Assembly (NCBI RefSeq): GCF_004010195.1
Contig: NC_057718.1
Span: forward strand, 29,794,018-29,839,379
Source of the DNA: Chiloscyllium plagiosum
Taxonomy: Eukaryota
DNA: 45,362 bases
Reading direction: 5' to 3'
This document shows positions 24,571 through 35,610 of this stretch, piece by piece. Under the pieces are notes generated by a model. It saw only the letters and a program-made list of their open reading frames with translations. It had not been told where the DNA came from and did not search any database. How positions within the stretch are numbered: position 1 is the first letter of the stretch; every line of letters begins with the position of its first letter. A program made the position numbers and the translations under genes.

Positions 24571-26019
24571 GTTACATTGTTAATGGAAAAAACTTGCCTT
24601 GAGTTGTACCATACTCACTGAACTTCATGAATAGCTATCAGATAAACACAGCATGCCCAAATGAACATTTTTTCCATTCTGGATGTTTGAAAATGAATAC
24701 TAAGCACAAGAGTAGAGTGGATTAACTGTCGTTTAGGTTACCTGCAGTGTCTTTTTTCAATCACTCACTCGATACAATGCTGAATCAAAACAGCATAAAA
24801 TTTGAAGCTATTGTTTATTAACTAAAACTAACCAAATTCACTTGGTGCTGTTGGAAAGATTTCAGAGTTGTCCTGCTTGTTATATACAGGACATACCTAG
24901 ACAATTTTCCACATTGTCGGCTGGATTCCAGTGTTGTAACTGTAATGGAACAGCTTGGCTAAGGGAGCAGCAAGTTCTGGAGCACACGCCTTCAGTAGTA
25001 TTGCCGGAATATTGTCAGGGTTCATAGCCTTTGCAGTATCCAGTGTCTCCAACTGTTTGTTGATATCACACAGAGTGAATCAAATTGGCTGAAGACTGGT
25101 ATCTGAAATGTTGGGGAACCTCAGAAGAAGGCTGAGAGAGATCATCCACTTGGCAGTTCTTGTGGAAAATGGCTGTAAATGCTCCAGCTCTATCTCGGAT
25201 AGCATGGGGCTGGAGATGTTCACATGCTGTTTGCACCAAAAGGGTCTGTTTCCATGCTGTACATCTCCATGACTCTAAGTAGTCATGGCTTGTTGGGATT
25301 GTTTTTGGCTGGGCTTGGTGCTACCCTCCTACACTGTTGATTAAATGGGGCTTGATGCCCAGCTAGATCAGTCTGGCTTCCAGCCTATACAGCATACACT
25401 ACCCAGAACCTCCATCATGTTGTGTTGCAATCTTCAATGTGAAGATAGAGTTTCTTCCAGAGGGCTGTGCGGTAGTTATTCCGAACAATCTTGTCATGGA
25501 CAGATGTACCTGCAACAGGGAGCTGAGTGAGGATGACGTTGAGTATGTTTTGTTCCCCCTACTGGTTCACCCAGCCCCAACCACAAACCCAGATATTATC
25601 TGGTAACTATGTCCTTGAAGACTTAGCTGGTTCAGTGAATGGTGGTGCTAATGAACCACTCTTAAAACTGTTACAGCACAGATGGAGGCCATTTGGCCCA
25701 TCGTGCCTGCACCCGCTCGCCAATGGCTATTGGAGTCCCCCACTTACGTTCTCAGTGCTTCACTGCTGCTAAATTGGGTTGTCAGATTTATTTGTTAGAT
25801 TGCTTACTCGTGACTTTGTTACCTGGTTACCAATTAGTAATATGAAAGTGGGTGTGGCATACAAGACTAGATCATATCATCGGGTCTTCGTACAACAGGC
25901 CATGCGAGTGCCTGATAATAACCACCTCCGATGAACCAATCCAACCATCACCCCTTGACATTCAAAAGCATTACCGTTGCTGAATCCTGGAATAAGCTGA
26001 ACTGGAATAGCCAGGAGCT

Positions 26020-26195
26020 AACCAGAGATTCCTAATTTTGCATGGCTAACCCACCTAGCCTGCACATCCCAGGATACTATGGTCAATTTAGCTTGGCCAA
26101 TCCACCTAACCTGTACATCTTTGGACTGGGAAGAAATCAGAGCACCTGGTGGAAACCCATACAGACACAGAGAGAATGTGCGAACTCCACATGAA
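26020..26195 (-). mobile_element. V-SINE fragment
   Basis: ggccaatccacctaacctgtacatctttggactg..gagaatgtgcgaactccaca body. Confidence 0.75.
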
Positions 26196-28240
26196 TTATA
26201 GAGATGTACAGCACAGAAACAGACTCTATGGTCCAACTTGACCAGATATCAGAAATTAATCTAGTCCATTTGCCTGTACTTTGCTCATATCCCTCTAAAC
26301 CCTTCTTGTTGTTATGTACCCATACAGATGCCTTTTAAATACTGTAAGTGTACCAGCCTCCACCACTTCATCTGGCAGCTCATTCCTTACACACACCATC
26401 CTCTGCATGAAAATGTTACCGTTAGGTCCCTTTTAAATCTTTCCCCTCTCACCTTAAAATCTATGCCCTCTAGTTTTGGACTCCACCATCCCAGGAAAAA
26501 GATGTTGTCTATTTACACTATCCATGCCCCTTGTGATTTTATAAACCTCTATAAGGTCACCCCTCAGCCTCCGACACAATAGGGGAAAATAGCCCCTGCC
26601 TATTGAACCTCTCCAGACAGCTCAAATCCTCCAACCCTGGCAACATCCTTGTAAATCTTTCCTGAACCCGTTCAAGTTTCACAACATCCTTCCTATAGGA
26701 GGGAAACCAGAATTGCGCACAATATTCTAGCAGCGGCCTAACCAATGTCCTGTACAGCTGTAATATGACCTCCCAGCTCCTATACTCAATGCTCTGACCA
26801 GTAAACAAAAGCCTACTAAACACCTTCTTCACTACCCTAGCTACCGGAGAGCCTTCTTTCAAGGAACTATGAACCTGCACTCCAAGATCTCTTTGTTCAA
26901 CAACACTCCCCAGGACCTTATCATTAAGTGTATAATTCCTGCTAAAATGCAGCACCTCACATTTAGATTAGATTCCCTACAGTGTGGAAACAGGTCCTTC
27001 AGTTCAACAAGTCCACACCGACCCTCTGAAAAGTAACCCACCCAGACCCATTTCCCTCTGACAAATGCACCTAACACTGTGGGCAATTTAGCATGGCCGA
27101 TTCACCTTACCTGCACATCTTTGGACTGTGGGAGGAAACCGGAGCACCCAGAGGAAATCCACACAGCCACAGGGCGACTGTCTGTGTGTAGTTTGCACAG
27201 TTGCCCGAGGCTGGAAACGAACCTGGGACCCTGGTGCCATGAGGCAGCAGTGCTAACCACTGAGCCACCGTGCCACCCCTTTATCCGAATTAAACTCCAT
27301 CTGCCACTCCTCGACCCCGTTGTACTCGGAGGTAACCTTGTTCGCTGACCACTACACCTCCAATTTTGGTGTAATCTGCAAACTAATTATACCTCCTATG
27401 TTCATATTCCAAATCATTTATATAAATGATGAAAAACAATGAACCAAGCACAAATCCTTGTGGCACAGGGCTCCAGTCTGAAAAGCAACCCTCCACCACC
27501 GTCTTCTACCGTCAAGCCAGTTCTGTATCCAAATGGCAAGTTCTCCCTGTATTCCATGAGACCTAACCTTGCTAACCAGTCTCCCATGGGGAACCTTGTC
27601 GAACGCCTTACTGAAGTCCATTAGATCACTCCACCACTCCTCCCTCAATCCTTTTTGTTACTTCTCCAAAAAACTCAGTCAAGTTTGTGAGACATGATGT
27701 CCCACACACAAAGCTATGTTGACTATCCCTAATCAGTCCTTGCCTTTCCAAATACATGAAAATTCTGTCTCTCAGGATTCCCTCCAACAACTTGCCCACC
27801 ACTGACGTTAGGCTCAAATGGTCTATACTACCTTGGCTTTACCTTACGACCTTTCTGATATAGTGGTACTACACTAGCCAACCTTTCGTCTTCCAGCACC
27901 TTACCTCTGACCATTGATGACCCAAATATCTCAGCAAGGGGTCTAGAAATCACTTCCCTTGATTGCCACAGAATTCTAGGATACACCTGGGGCTTTATCC
28001 ACCTTTATGTGTTTTAAGAAAACTAGTACCTCCTCCTTTGAAATATGGACATTGTTCAAGATGTCACCATCTATTTCCCTACATTCAGTATCTTCCATGT
28101 CTTTTTCTACATTAAACACTAATGCAAAATACTCATTTAGCAATGTATCTATCTTCTGTGTTTCTACACATAGGGTGCCTTGCTGATCTTTGAGGGGTCC
28201 TAATCTCTCCCTAATTACTCTTTTGCCCTTGATGTATTTA
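26196..28240 (-). mobile_element. CR1 LINE (RT to 3'UTR) interrupted by an HE1 SINE
   Basis: SLTSVVGKLLEGILRDRI, MDFSKAFDKVPHGRL and EQRDLGVQVHSSLK..LYRTLVRPLLEYC. Confidence 0.9.
26964..27279 (-). mobile_element. HE1-type V-SINE nested in CR1
   Basis: Full copy with ttta duplicated at its flanks. Confidence 0.9.
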
Positions 28241-28779
28241 TTGCCCAAGGGAGGAATCAAACCCAGGTCCCTGGTGCTGCAAGGCAACAGTTCTAACCAC
28301 TGTGTCATTGTGCAATACATACTATATACAAGATGCACCAAAGATCCTCAGATAGCACTGTCCAAACCCACAAGTACTTCTACCTAGAAGGACAAGAATG
28401 GTAACAGATACCTGGGAACAAACCCCACTCCCTGCAAACCCACAGCTACTTTCATCTCGACGGACAAGGGCAGCAGACACATGGGAACACCATTACCTGC
28501 AAGTTCTTCTCCAAGCCACTCACCATGCTGACTTGGAAATATAATCGCTCTTCCTTCAGTGTCACTAGTTCAAAATCCTGGAATCCCTCCTCCTCTCTCC
28601 CTCCCCCCCCCACCACCTCCCCCTTCCCCCCCAAAACCCAAAGGCAAAGGCATTGTGTCAACCCACAGCATGTCGACTGCACTGTTTCAAAACAGCAGAT
28701 CACCACCACCTTCTGAAGAACAACTAGGCAGTAAATGTTGGCTCAACCAGAGTTTATGTTCACTGCATGTGGACATCTA

Positions 28780-28970
28780 AACCTCCAGGCAAGGTGGTCA
28801 ATTCAACCAAAATCTGGGCTCTAAGCTGCTTTCCAGGAGAGGGGCAGACAGCCTTCCTTTAGGTATTTTAATCTGCCTGCTCAGATGTGTCATCACACCC
28901 CTCTGGAGTGAGTGAACCCAGACCTCCTGGCGTGGAGCTACGGACACTGCCACTGTGACACAAGAGTGTC
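28780..28970 (-). mobile_element. Second tRNA-derived SINE family, degraded
   Basis: Minus-strand head CTCTTGTGTCACAGTGGCAGTGTCC..GGGTTCA resembles A/B boxes. Confidence 0.45.
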
Positions 28971-28999
28971 TAAAAATGAGATTTTAAAATCACACAACC

Positions 29000-29320
29000 C
29001 ATTACAATTATGTGACATCCAAAATGTTTCACAATGGAGTACTTTGTATAGGAAATTGTAGGAAATTTATGCAGAGTAAGCATCCACAATCAGCCAGATA
29101 ACCCACTTTAGTGATGTCAATTGAGGGATAGCTATTGGACAGGCCACCAGGAAGAATGCTCTTAGTTTTTGGAATAATACTGTGGGATCACTGGGTTCAC
29201 CTTAGAGTAAAGACAGCATTCCACGCTCCCCAACCACCCAAAACGTTACCATCTTTAACCCAACTGCAAGTCCTGATGAGCTTCCTGTTGGATGACAGTA
29301 ATAAGGAGCTGAGCAAAGTC
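29000..29320 (-). mobile_element. Deu-domain SINE (SacSINE1/AmnSINE-like), degraded
   Basis: Reverse-strand similarity to 31360-31690 and 38790-39135. Confidence 0.45.
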
Positions 29321-29479
29321 ACACTGTTGGACAGGATTTAAAGAGGCTTCTCAAAACCAAAGAGAGGTATTGAGGCGAGGGGGGATTGGGAAGAGTTTTA
29401 CCAGAATGTGAAGCAACACTGGCCCAAAGCTTTACCAGTGAAGTTTAATGAAGTTGAATATGCAAGGCCAGGAAGCCAA

Positions 29480-29517
29480 GGGCAGCTCGATGGCTCAGTT
29501 GTTAGCACTGCTGCCTC
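29480..29517 (+). repeat. Isolated HE1 SINE 5' head at the left edge of the DEPDC5 fragment
   Basis: gggcagctcgatggctcagttgttagcactgctgcctc matches the HE1 5' end and then stops abruptly. Confidence 0.75.
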
Positions 29518-29862
29518 CCCACTCTGTTCCCGTGCAGCGATGCAGGAAGATTTGCTGGATTTACAGAGTGTACATAACAGGAGGTGTTGCTGTAAGTGGG
29601 ACAGAAACTCATTCACTGTAAAATTACAGCATCGAGATTTTGGTTTGGTCCTAAGAAAAGGGATAGGCTGATAACTTAAACACTCCAATACAGCAGACGG
29701 GGCAAGTTTTGGCCTGTATTCTACTGTGGGAGTTATGTTTCCATGGTGATGTCTCGGCTGGAGCTGGACACTTGCTGCCCCAGTGGCAATTCTTACTGTT
29801 GTCCTGAAAGAAAGAGCAAAGGGGAATCATTTTTCTGACCGTTGTATTCTGCTGGTTTATAG

Positions 29863-30023
29863 GAGAGATGAGGACGGACCTGTCATGATAGTCCAGCAAG
29901 TATTTGAGGAGTTTATTTGCCAGAGCTTGATGCAGGTCTATCAGATCATCGTCCAGACTAAGAACAGGCTATTGAGCACTGCAGCCTCAGCGCCTCTCAG
30001 CAGCAGCCCCCTCTACACTCTGG
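29863..30023 (+). pseudogene. DEPDC5: Orphan DEPDC5 (GATOR1 subunit) exon, 161 bp, with native-looking splice sites; probable duplicated non-functional gene fragment
   Basis: Translation (R)[54 protein letters not shown] aligns without gaps to remembered vertebrate DEPDC5 [34 protein letters not shown]...[11 protein letters not shown]. Similarity begins right after tattctgctggtttatAG (29861-62) and ends at G|GTAAG (30024-25). No neighbouring DEPDC5 exons were found in the window. Confidence 0.85.
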
Positions 30024-30503
30024 GTAAGGAGCCTCACATTTGGTGTGTTGCCATGTGGTGTCGGGTGGCCACTCAAGGAGTTTCTCTCCTGTCTGTATCT
30101 GCGCTTGCGAGATTTGGCTGGACTGCGATGCCCTCAAATGCTCAATAGCCTTCAGTACGCTGAGCCTAAATATGAAGGACAGTTGTTGGGCTGGACTGCA
30201 AGAGGTGAGTTGGAACCCAGATCCAGTCTTCACAGGAAAGAACTTAACAGCAAGAAAGAGAAGATTGGACGAACATAAAACCTTTTTTGCAACTGATGGT
30301 GGTATCACCATCAGCCCCAATAGTGGGTATTCCTGTGACCCCACCTCCATGTTAAGGGAGGGGTATGAGAGTACCACTTATGCTTGGGGCAATCCAGTCC
30401 CTTCCCTTCATTAACCTGTCCTCCGCATCGCTGTTCCAACATGTGGGTACCCCATGTGGGTTTGGTGCCATCTTCTCGCTCAGAGGGGTCACTCCAACAC
30501 TGC

Positions 30504-30859
30504 GCGGCACGGTGGCCCAGTGGTAAGCGCTGCTGCCTCACAGCACCAGGGACCCAGGTTCGATTCCAGCCTCAGGCAACTGTCAGTGTGGAGTTTGCAC
30601 ATTTTCCCTATGACTATGTGGGTTTCGTCCGGGTGCTCCAGTTTCCTCCCATAATCCAAAGATGTGCAGGTTACGTGAACCGGCCGTGCCAAATTGCCCA
30701 CAGTGTTCAGGGATGTGTAGGTTAGGTACATTAGTAAGGGATAAATATCGGATAATTGGGTGGGGGAAATGGGTCTGGACGGGTTACTCTTCAGAGGGTT
30801 GATGTGGACTTGTTGGGTCGAAGGGCCTGTTTCCACACTGTAGGGTTCTACAATTCTAT
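30504..30859 (+). mobile_element. HE1-type V-SINE, full length
   Basis: gcggcacggtggcccagtggtaagcgctgctgcctcacagc, B box ggttcgattcc, body, and tail gggcctgtttccacactgtaggg. Confidence 0.92.
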
Positions 30860-31359
30860 AAGTAGTTTCCTGCATTACAGCGCACAAATGCAATTTGAGC
30901 AAATGAAGTTTCATTTCTCAGTGAAGTATAGTTTCAGCTGTGGTCTGAAGCATTATGATCATGTGAAAGAAATAGCAACTTTTCAGGTAAGACAAGAACT
31001 CAAAAACATCAAACAAATTCAAGATTTTACTTCTGTCCCCACTTTTAGCATTGAGATCATAATATTATGAGTTTTGTTGAATCCATGTAGGTTTAGACCA
31101 ACACCACATTTGGGCTGTAAACAGGTTTCAATTTTTGTTGTACATACACATTTTTTCCCAGTTCAAAATGCATTAGCATTCAGATACAGATATAATCTCA
31201 ACATAGCCAAACATCTGAGTTTTGCATTAAAACAATGCAAAAGAAATTGAAGAGAAATTCTGTGCTTAAGGTAAATTGTGATTTATGAAATATTTCTCCA
31301 TTTTTATACGAAACTTGATCAATGGCAGACAAGGATATTTTTCCATGAGTTGCAATTTG

Positions 31360-31690
31360 CAGCCTACTGAGTTGATAGTTCACTCACCTGAGCTTGTGGA
31401 TTCACATCTGTCTTTGGGATTTGAGCACAAAAATCTAAATTGACATTGTTGAAGTTACCTTCTTTCAGATAAGATAATAAATCAAGTGTGCACTCCCTCC
31501 CTAGACAGCCTATTCAAGAGTTATCCGTCAAAATTGACATTACAACTGATGTGTGGTCATTATCAGATTGCTAGCATGGATGCTTGCTGTGCACAAGTTG
31601 ACTGCCATGTTTCATACATTACAACAGTGAATACACTCCAAAATATATAATCAACTGGCTATAAAACATTGTGCAATGCCAGAGAAGTAC
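31360..31690 (+). mobile_element. Deu-domain SINE (SacSINE1/AmnSINE-like), degraded
   Basis: ttgagcacaaaaatcta..gcttgctgtgcacaagttgactgccatgtttcatacattacaacagtga matches the remembered Deu-SINE body and tail. Confidence 0.6.
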
Positions 31691-33402
31691 CAAAGCATTC
31701 AAAACCAAACTGGTTTTCAGATTCATTATGCAAAGAGAACATTTAATGCACCAAATTGTAATATTTCATTTCTCATCAGTCTGAGCAAACTTTCTAATTT
31801 GACTCAATTAGACAATTATGTATTTTGGACTCATGGTTATTAGTAAATTACCTTGAACTATGCTTACATGTATGAACATTGCAACAGTGGAGGCAACAGA
31901 CCTCAGATTAAACCCAGGATTTAAAATGAGTGACAACACTAACATATAGACCTCAACCTGTTGTGATATCAGAAATGAACGGGCTTCAGTTTTAGTACTC
32001 GACAGAAGTTGAGAAACTTGATAAACAAGATAAGTATAACTTTATGAAAATATCGCTTTTTGCATTTGACAGATTCTACATTTACAGCACTGTGCAATAA
32101 CAGACTTAAGCAGTAAGGAAATGTCATTTGATGTGCTCAGGGCCCTTTGCTTTTAAGCCCAAAGTTCGGTAATAGAATTATGGTTCAGTATTTTCTAATC
32201 TCAAGATCTTAGAATGGAATTTAACAGTTTCTCTCAATTATTCCTTCCTTTTTGGAAGTTACTGACTTGTACAAATGATCAATTCCCAAATGTTTACTAC
32301 TATACCTAATTGATAATGTGTCAGGTGGGAAGCAAAAATTTGGAAAACTGCTGATTATTCCATGATATGGGGCATCACAAACAATTTTTCAGAAGCAGTC
32401 AATGAAGAACTATTAAAGACAAAATGTCCTGGTTGATTTTCTTTCTACTTCTGTCCACTTTTATTGAAGTTGTTGTCCAATTGATATTAACTAACACAGC
32501 AGACTCAAGATCAGTCTGGGAGTCTAGTTACACACAAGTTGGAGCCCACATTATTGCCATACAGGGAATGGAATGAAGGCTCAAAAGATGACAAGACTGA
32601 TTTAAGATGATGGATTGGAGAATCGGAGTTAGGATTTTCTACAGTTTCAAAGAACAAGAGGTGATCTCACTAAATCTTATAGAATACAAGGTCTATACAG
32701 GGTAGATACAAATAAAGATGATTCCCTAGATTGAGAAGTCTAGAATCGTGGGAGACAATTTAAAAATAACCAACCGTTCTGTTGTGAAGAATGATCACTA
32801 GATCGAAAACATTAACTCTGCTTTCAGTCCACAGATGCTGTCTGTCCTGAGTTTTTCAAGCAATTTATGATTTTATCACAAGATAAAATATAGTCAACAC
32901 GAGTAATATTAGCTTATTGTTCTGTCTCCTAGCCAACACGTAATTTAAACAGGCTTAAAAATCATAGATGCAGCAGATATAACCAACCTCACGTTTTGCT
33001 TAACATTTTACAGAAATTGACAACCTTTAATTTTTACTGTGAATTAGGCCATCAAGAATTTTTCAAATTCCATCAATATACAACACTAATAAACCCAGTT
33101 CTGAACCACCTTATGGTGTTCTGCATTGAATAAAAAGCCTAATACACATTGAATACAGGTATTAATTATTAACAAAACCAAGAGTTATCAATGAAAGATC
33201 ATATGGAGTTAATCATAAAACGGTGAAATACTTCTGAATCAAAATCACGTAAATTAACAATAACACCATGCACATTACAGAAGTTAAATGTGGGATCCCA
33301 CTTTGTTTCAACAGTTGAAATCAGTAATTCAATCCATATCACATCAAAACACGAGTTTGGTTAATTCAAAACAAGTCATCACAAAATACATGTATTAACT
33401 AC

Positions 33403-34248
33403 CTTGTGTAAGCAGGTGTCCACCACCCAGTTGCAGACTTTCTCAAGGTCATCCGTTATCTCTAGTCTAGATCTAGCGAACTCACAGAGCTCCTCATTGG
33501 ACATCACATCCCAAATGCCATCGCATGCCAGTATAATAAACTCATCTTCTTCTGCTCTAAGAATCTCATATACTTCAGGTTCTGGAGATACCAGCTGCTC
33601 TGTAGGTCCCTTCCCATCGACACACTTGTAATCATAGTCCCCTAGTGCTCGTGACACAGCTAGTGACCCATTAACTCGCTGTATCATTACACTGCCCCCT
33701 GCATTCTGGATCCGCTCTTTCTCCCTTGGATTGCAAGGCTTATGATCCTGTGTTGAAAAGCAAAGTTGTGCGTTCCTGTACAGAACAGCTCTTGAATCGC
33801 CACAGTTGATAAAGTATGTGTGCTCTGGGGAGATCAGCACTGCTACAGCTGTCGACCCACTCCTGTCCATGCCATTTCTCAGCTCTGAAAAATTTCGCAT
33901 ATATTCATCAATTTTCAAAAATCCAGTTCTGATACCACTCTTGACATGTTCGATGGTAGGTTCAATGGGGTACCCAGACACATTTGTGCCTCTGAAGTCT
34001 TCATTACTTGTTATGTGTTCAAGTAAGTGCTTTGAGCAGTAGTTTGCCACACGAGAGCCTGCATGACCATCATACACCGCGAAGAAGGACCATGTGTCCA
34101 AACCTTGAGGAATGCCAACAATGGCTGTGTGAGCATCTTCCATCTCCACTCTCCAACCCTGCATGCTGCTAAGGCCATAACGCAAGTCATTCCCTGCACC
34201 ATGTGCATTATGTTTCTCTGTTTTTGGTTTATCCAAAAATGCACCCAT
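33403..34248 (-). CDS. PPM1B: Protein phosphatase 1B (PP2C-beta), first coding exon, residues 1-282 (whole exon 33403-34259 including 11 nt of 5'UTR)
   Basis: The ORF reads [74 protein letters not shown]. Residues diagnostic for PPM1B over PPM1[46 protein letters not shown]. Minus-strand acceptor tcttgttttctttcAG (AG at 34261-34260), strong Kozak AAAATGG, phase-0 donor AAG|GTAGT (GT at 33402-33401). CDS length is 846 nt. Confidence 0.97.
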
Positions 34249-34828
34249 TTTTCACTTTTCTGAAAGAAAACAAGAGACACACAAATAACAAGTTACTTGG
34301 AACATAAAATCATGAACAAAATTCTTCATTTGGGAAAATACAGCACATATTTAAAGGTGAAAAGATGTGTGTTTAACCTTATTTTATTGGCTGTGTAGGC
34401 AAATACTAATACTAGTTTTCCTCAAAATTGATAAAAAAAAGCAACAGAAAATGTTTATATATAAAAGATTGAATGAAATTTCCCAATTTCCAAACTTCTC
34501 CATCAAATGAAGCAGAGATCAATTTGTAAAACGGAAGTCACTATAGAATAAAATTACTAAGTAATTGCTACACCCCCAAGTTTTCAAATAAATTTCTATA
34601 ACAAAAACTAAACATGTGTAAGATGACAGAATCTCAAACACATGAAGAACAAACTGGAATAAACGAACAAGGACTGAATTTTGAGAGAGAAAAAAAATCA
34701 GCATACTTTGGTAATTTAATATTGGAGGCTTGAGGAAACCCTAACTGCACATTTAGCAGGGAAGCTAAAAAAGGTAATAAGTATATTTGCACATACAGAC
34801 CAATGATCTTATAAAAAGCATTTACTTT

Positions 34829-35610
34829 AGAATTTTGGAAAGGCACGTCAGAGCAGGACTTATACACTTAATGGTTATGGTCCTGGTGGGGTGTTGCTGA
34901 ATCAAAAGACTTTGGAGTATAGGTTCATAATTCCTTGGAACTGGAGTCGCAGGTAGGCACGGTAGTGAAAGCAGCGTTTGGTATGCTTGCCTTTATTGGT
35001 CACAACACTGACTATAGGAGTTGGGAGGTCATGTTGCAGCTGCACAAGACAGTTGTATGGCCACTATTGGAATACTGCGTTCAGTTCTGGTCTCCCTGCT
35101 ATAGGATGTTGTGAAACTTGAAATGGGTTCAGAAAAGATTTACAAGGATGTTGCCAGGGTTGGATGGTTTGAGCTACTGAAAGAGATTGCATTGTCTTCA
35201 GCTATTTTCCCTGGAGTATCAGAGGCTGAGGGGTGACCTTATAGAAGTTATAAAATCATAAGGGGTATGGACAGGGTAAATAGGCATGGTCTTTTCCCTG
35301 GGATGGGGGAGTCCAAAACTAGAGGGCATAGGTTTAGGGTGAGAAGAGAAAGATTTAAAAGGGACCTAAAGGACACCTTTTTCACACAGAGGATGGTGCG
35401 TGTATGGAATGAGCTGTCAGAGGAAGTGGTGAAGGCTGGTACAATTACAGCATTTAAAAGGCATCTAGATGGGTTTGTGAATAAAAAGGGTTTAGAGGGA
35501 AATGGGCCAAGTGCTGACAAATGGGACTAAATTTATTTTGCATATCTGGTCGGCATGGACAAGTTGGACTGAAGGGCCTGTTTCCATTCTGTACATTTCT
35601 AAAACTCTAA
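34829..35610 (+). mobile_element. CR1 LINE 3' fragment in the intron upstream of the PPM1B exon
   Basis: MDRVNRHGLFPGMGESKTRGHRFRVR..FFTQRMVRVWNEL and a 3'UTR. Confidence 0.92.

Noticed and set aside
28583..28635. Poly-C/CT tract encoding poly-proline
   Set aside because: It is a low-complexity expansion within an old LINE, with no gene context.
29966..30151. 13-bp inverted repeat aggctattgagca / tgctcaatagcct as MITE ends
   Set aside because: There is no TSD and the left arm lies inside the DEPDC5 exon. One such match is plausible by chance in 45 kb.
29783..30414. ORFs of 121-126 aa around the DEPDC5 exon as novel proteins
   Set aside because: Only 29863-30023 has recognisable homology. 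The rest is flank read-through or alternative frames.
3586..30859. tRNA-like A/B boxes as tRNA genes
   Set aside because: All are heads of HE1-type SINEs followed by SINE body and tail.
33379..33402. ORF-track C-terminal extension VVNTCIL* suggesting a complete 289-aa single-exon gene or retrocopy
   Set aside because: Homology ends at a canonical donor after K282, and an acceptor precedes the ATG. The extension is intron read-through.
33403..34248. Assignment as PPM1A
   Set aside because: The diagnostic residues and the 282-codon length match PPM1B.
34011..34280. 89-aa minus-strand ORF as an independent gene
   Set aside because: Its start lies in the intron's polypyrimidine tract, and it is an alternative frame of the PPM1B exon.
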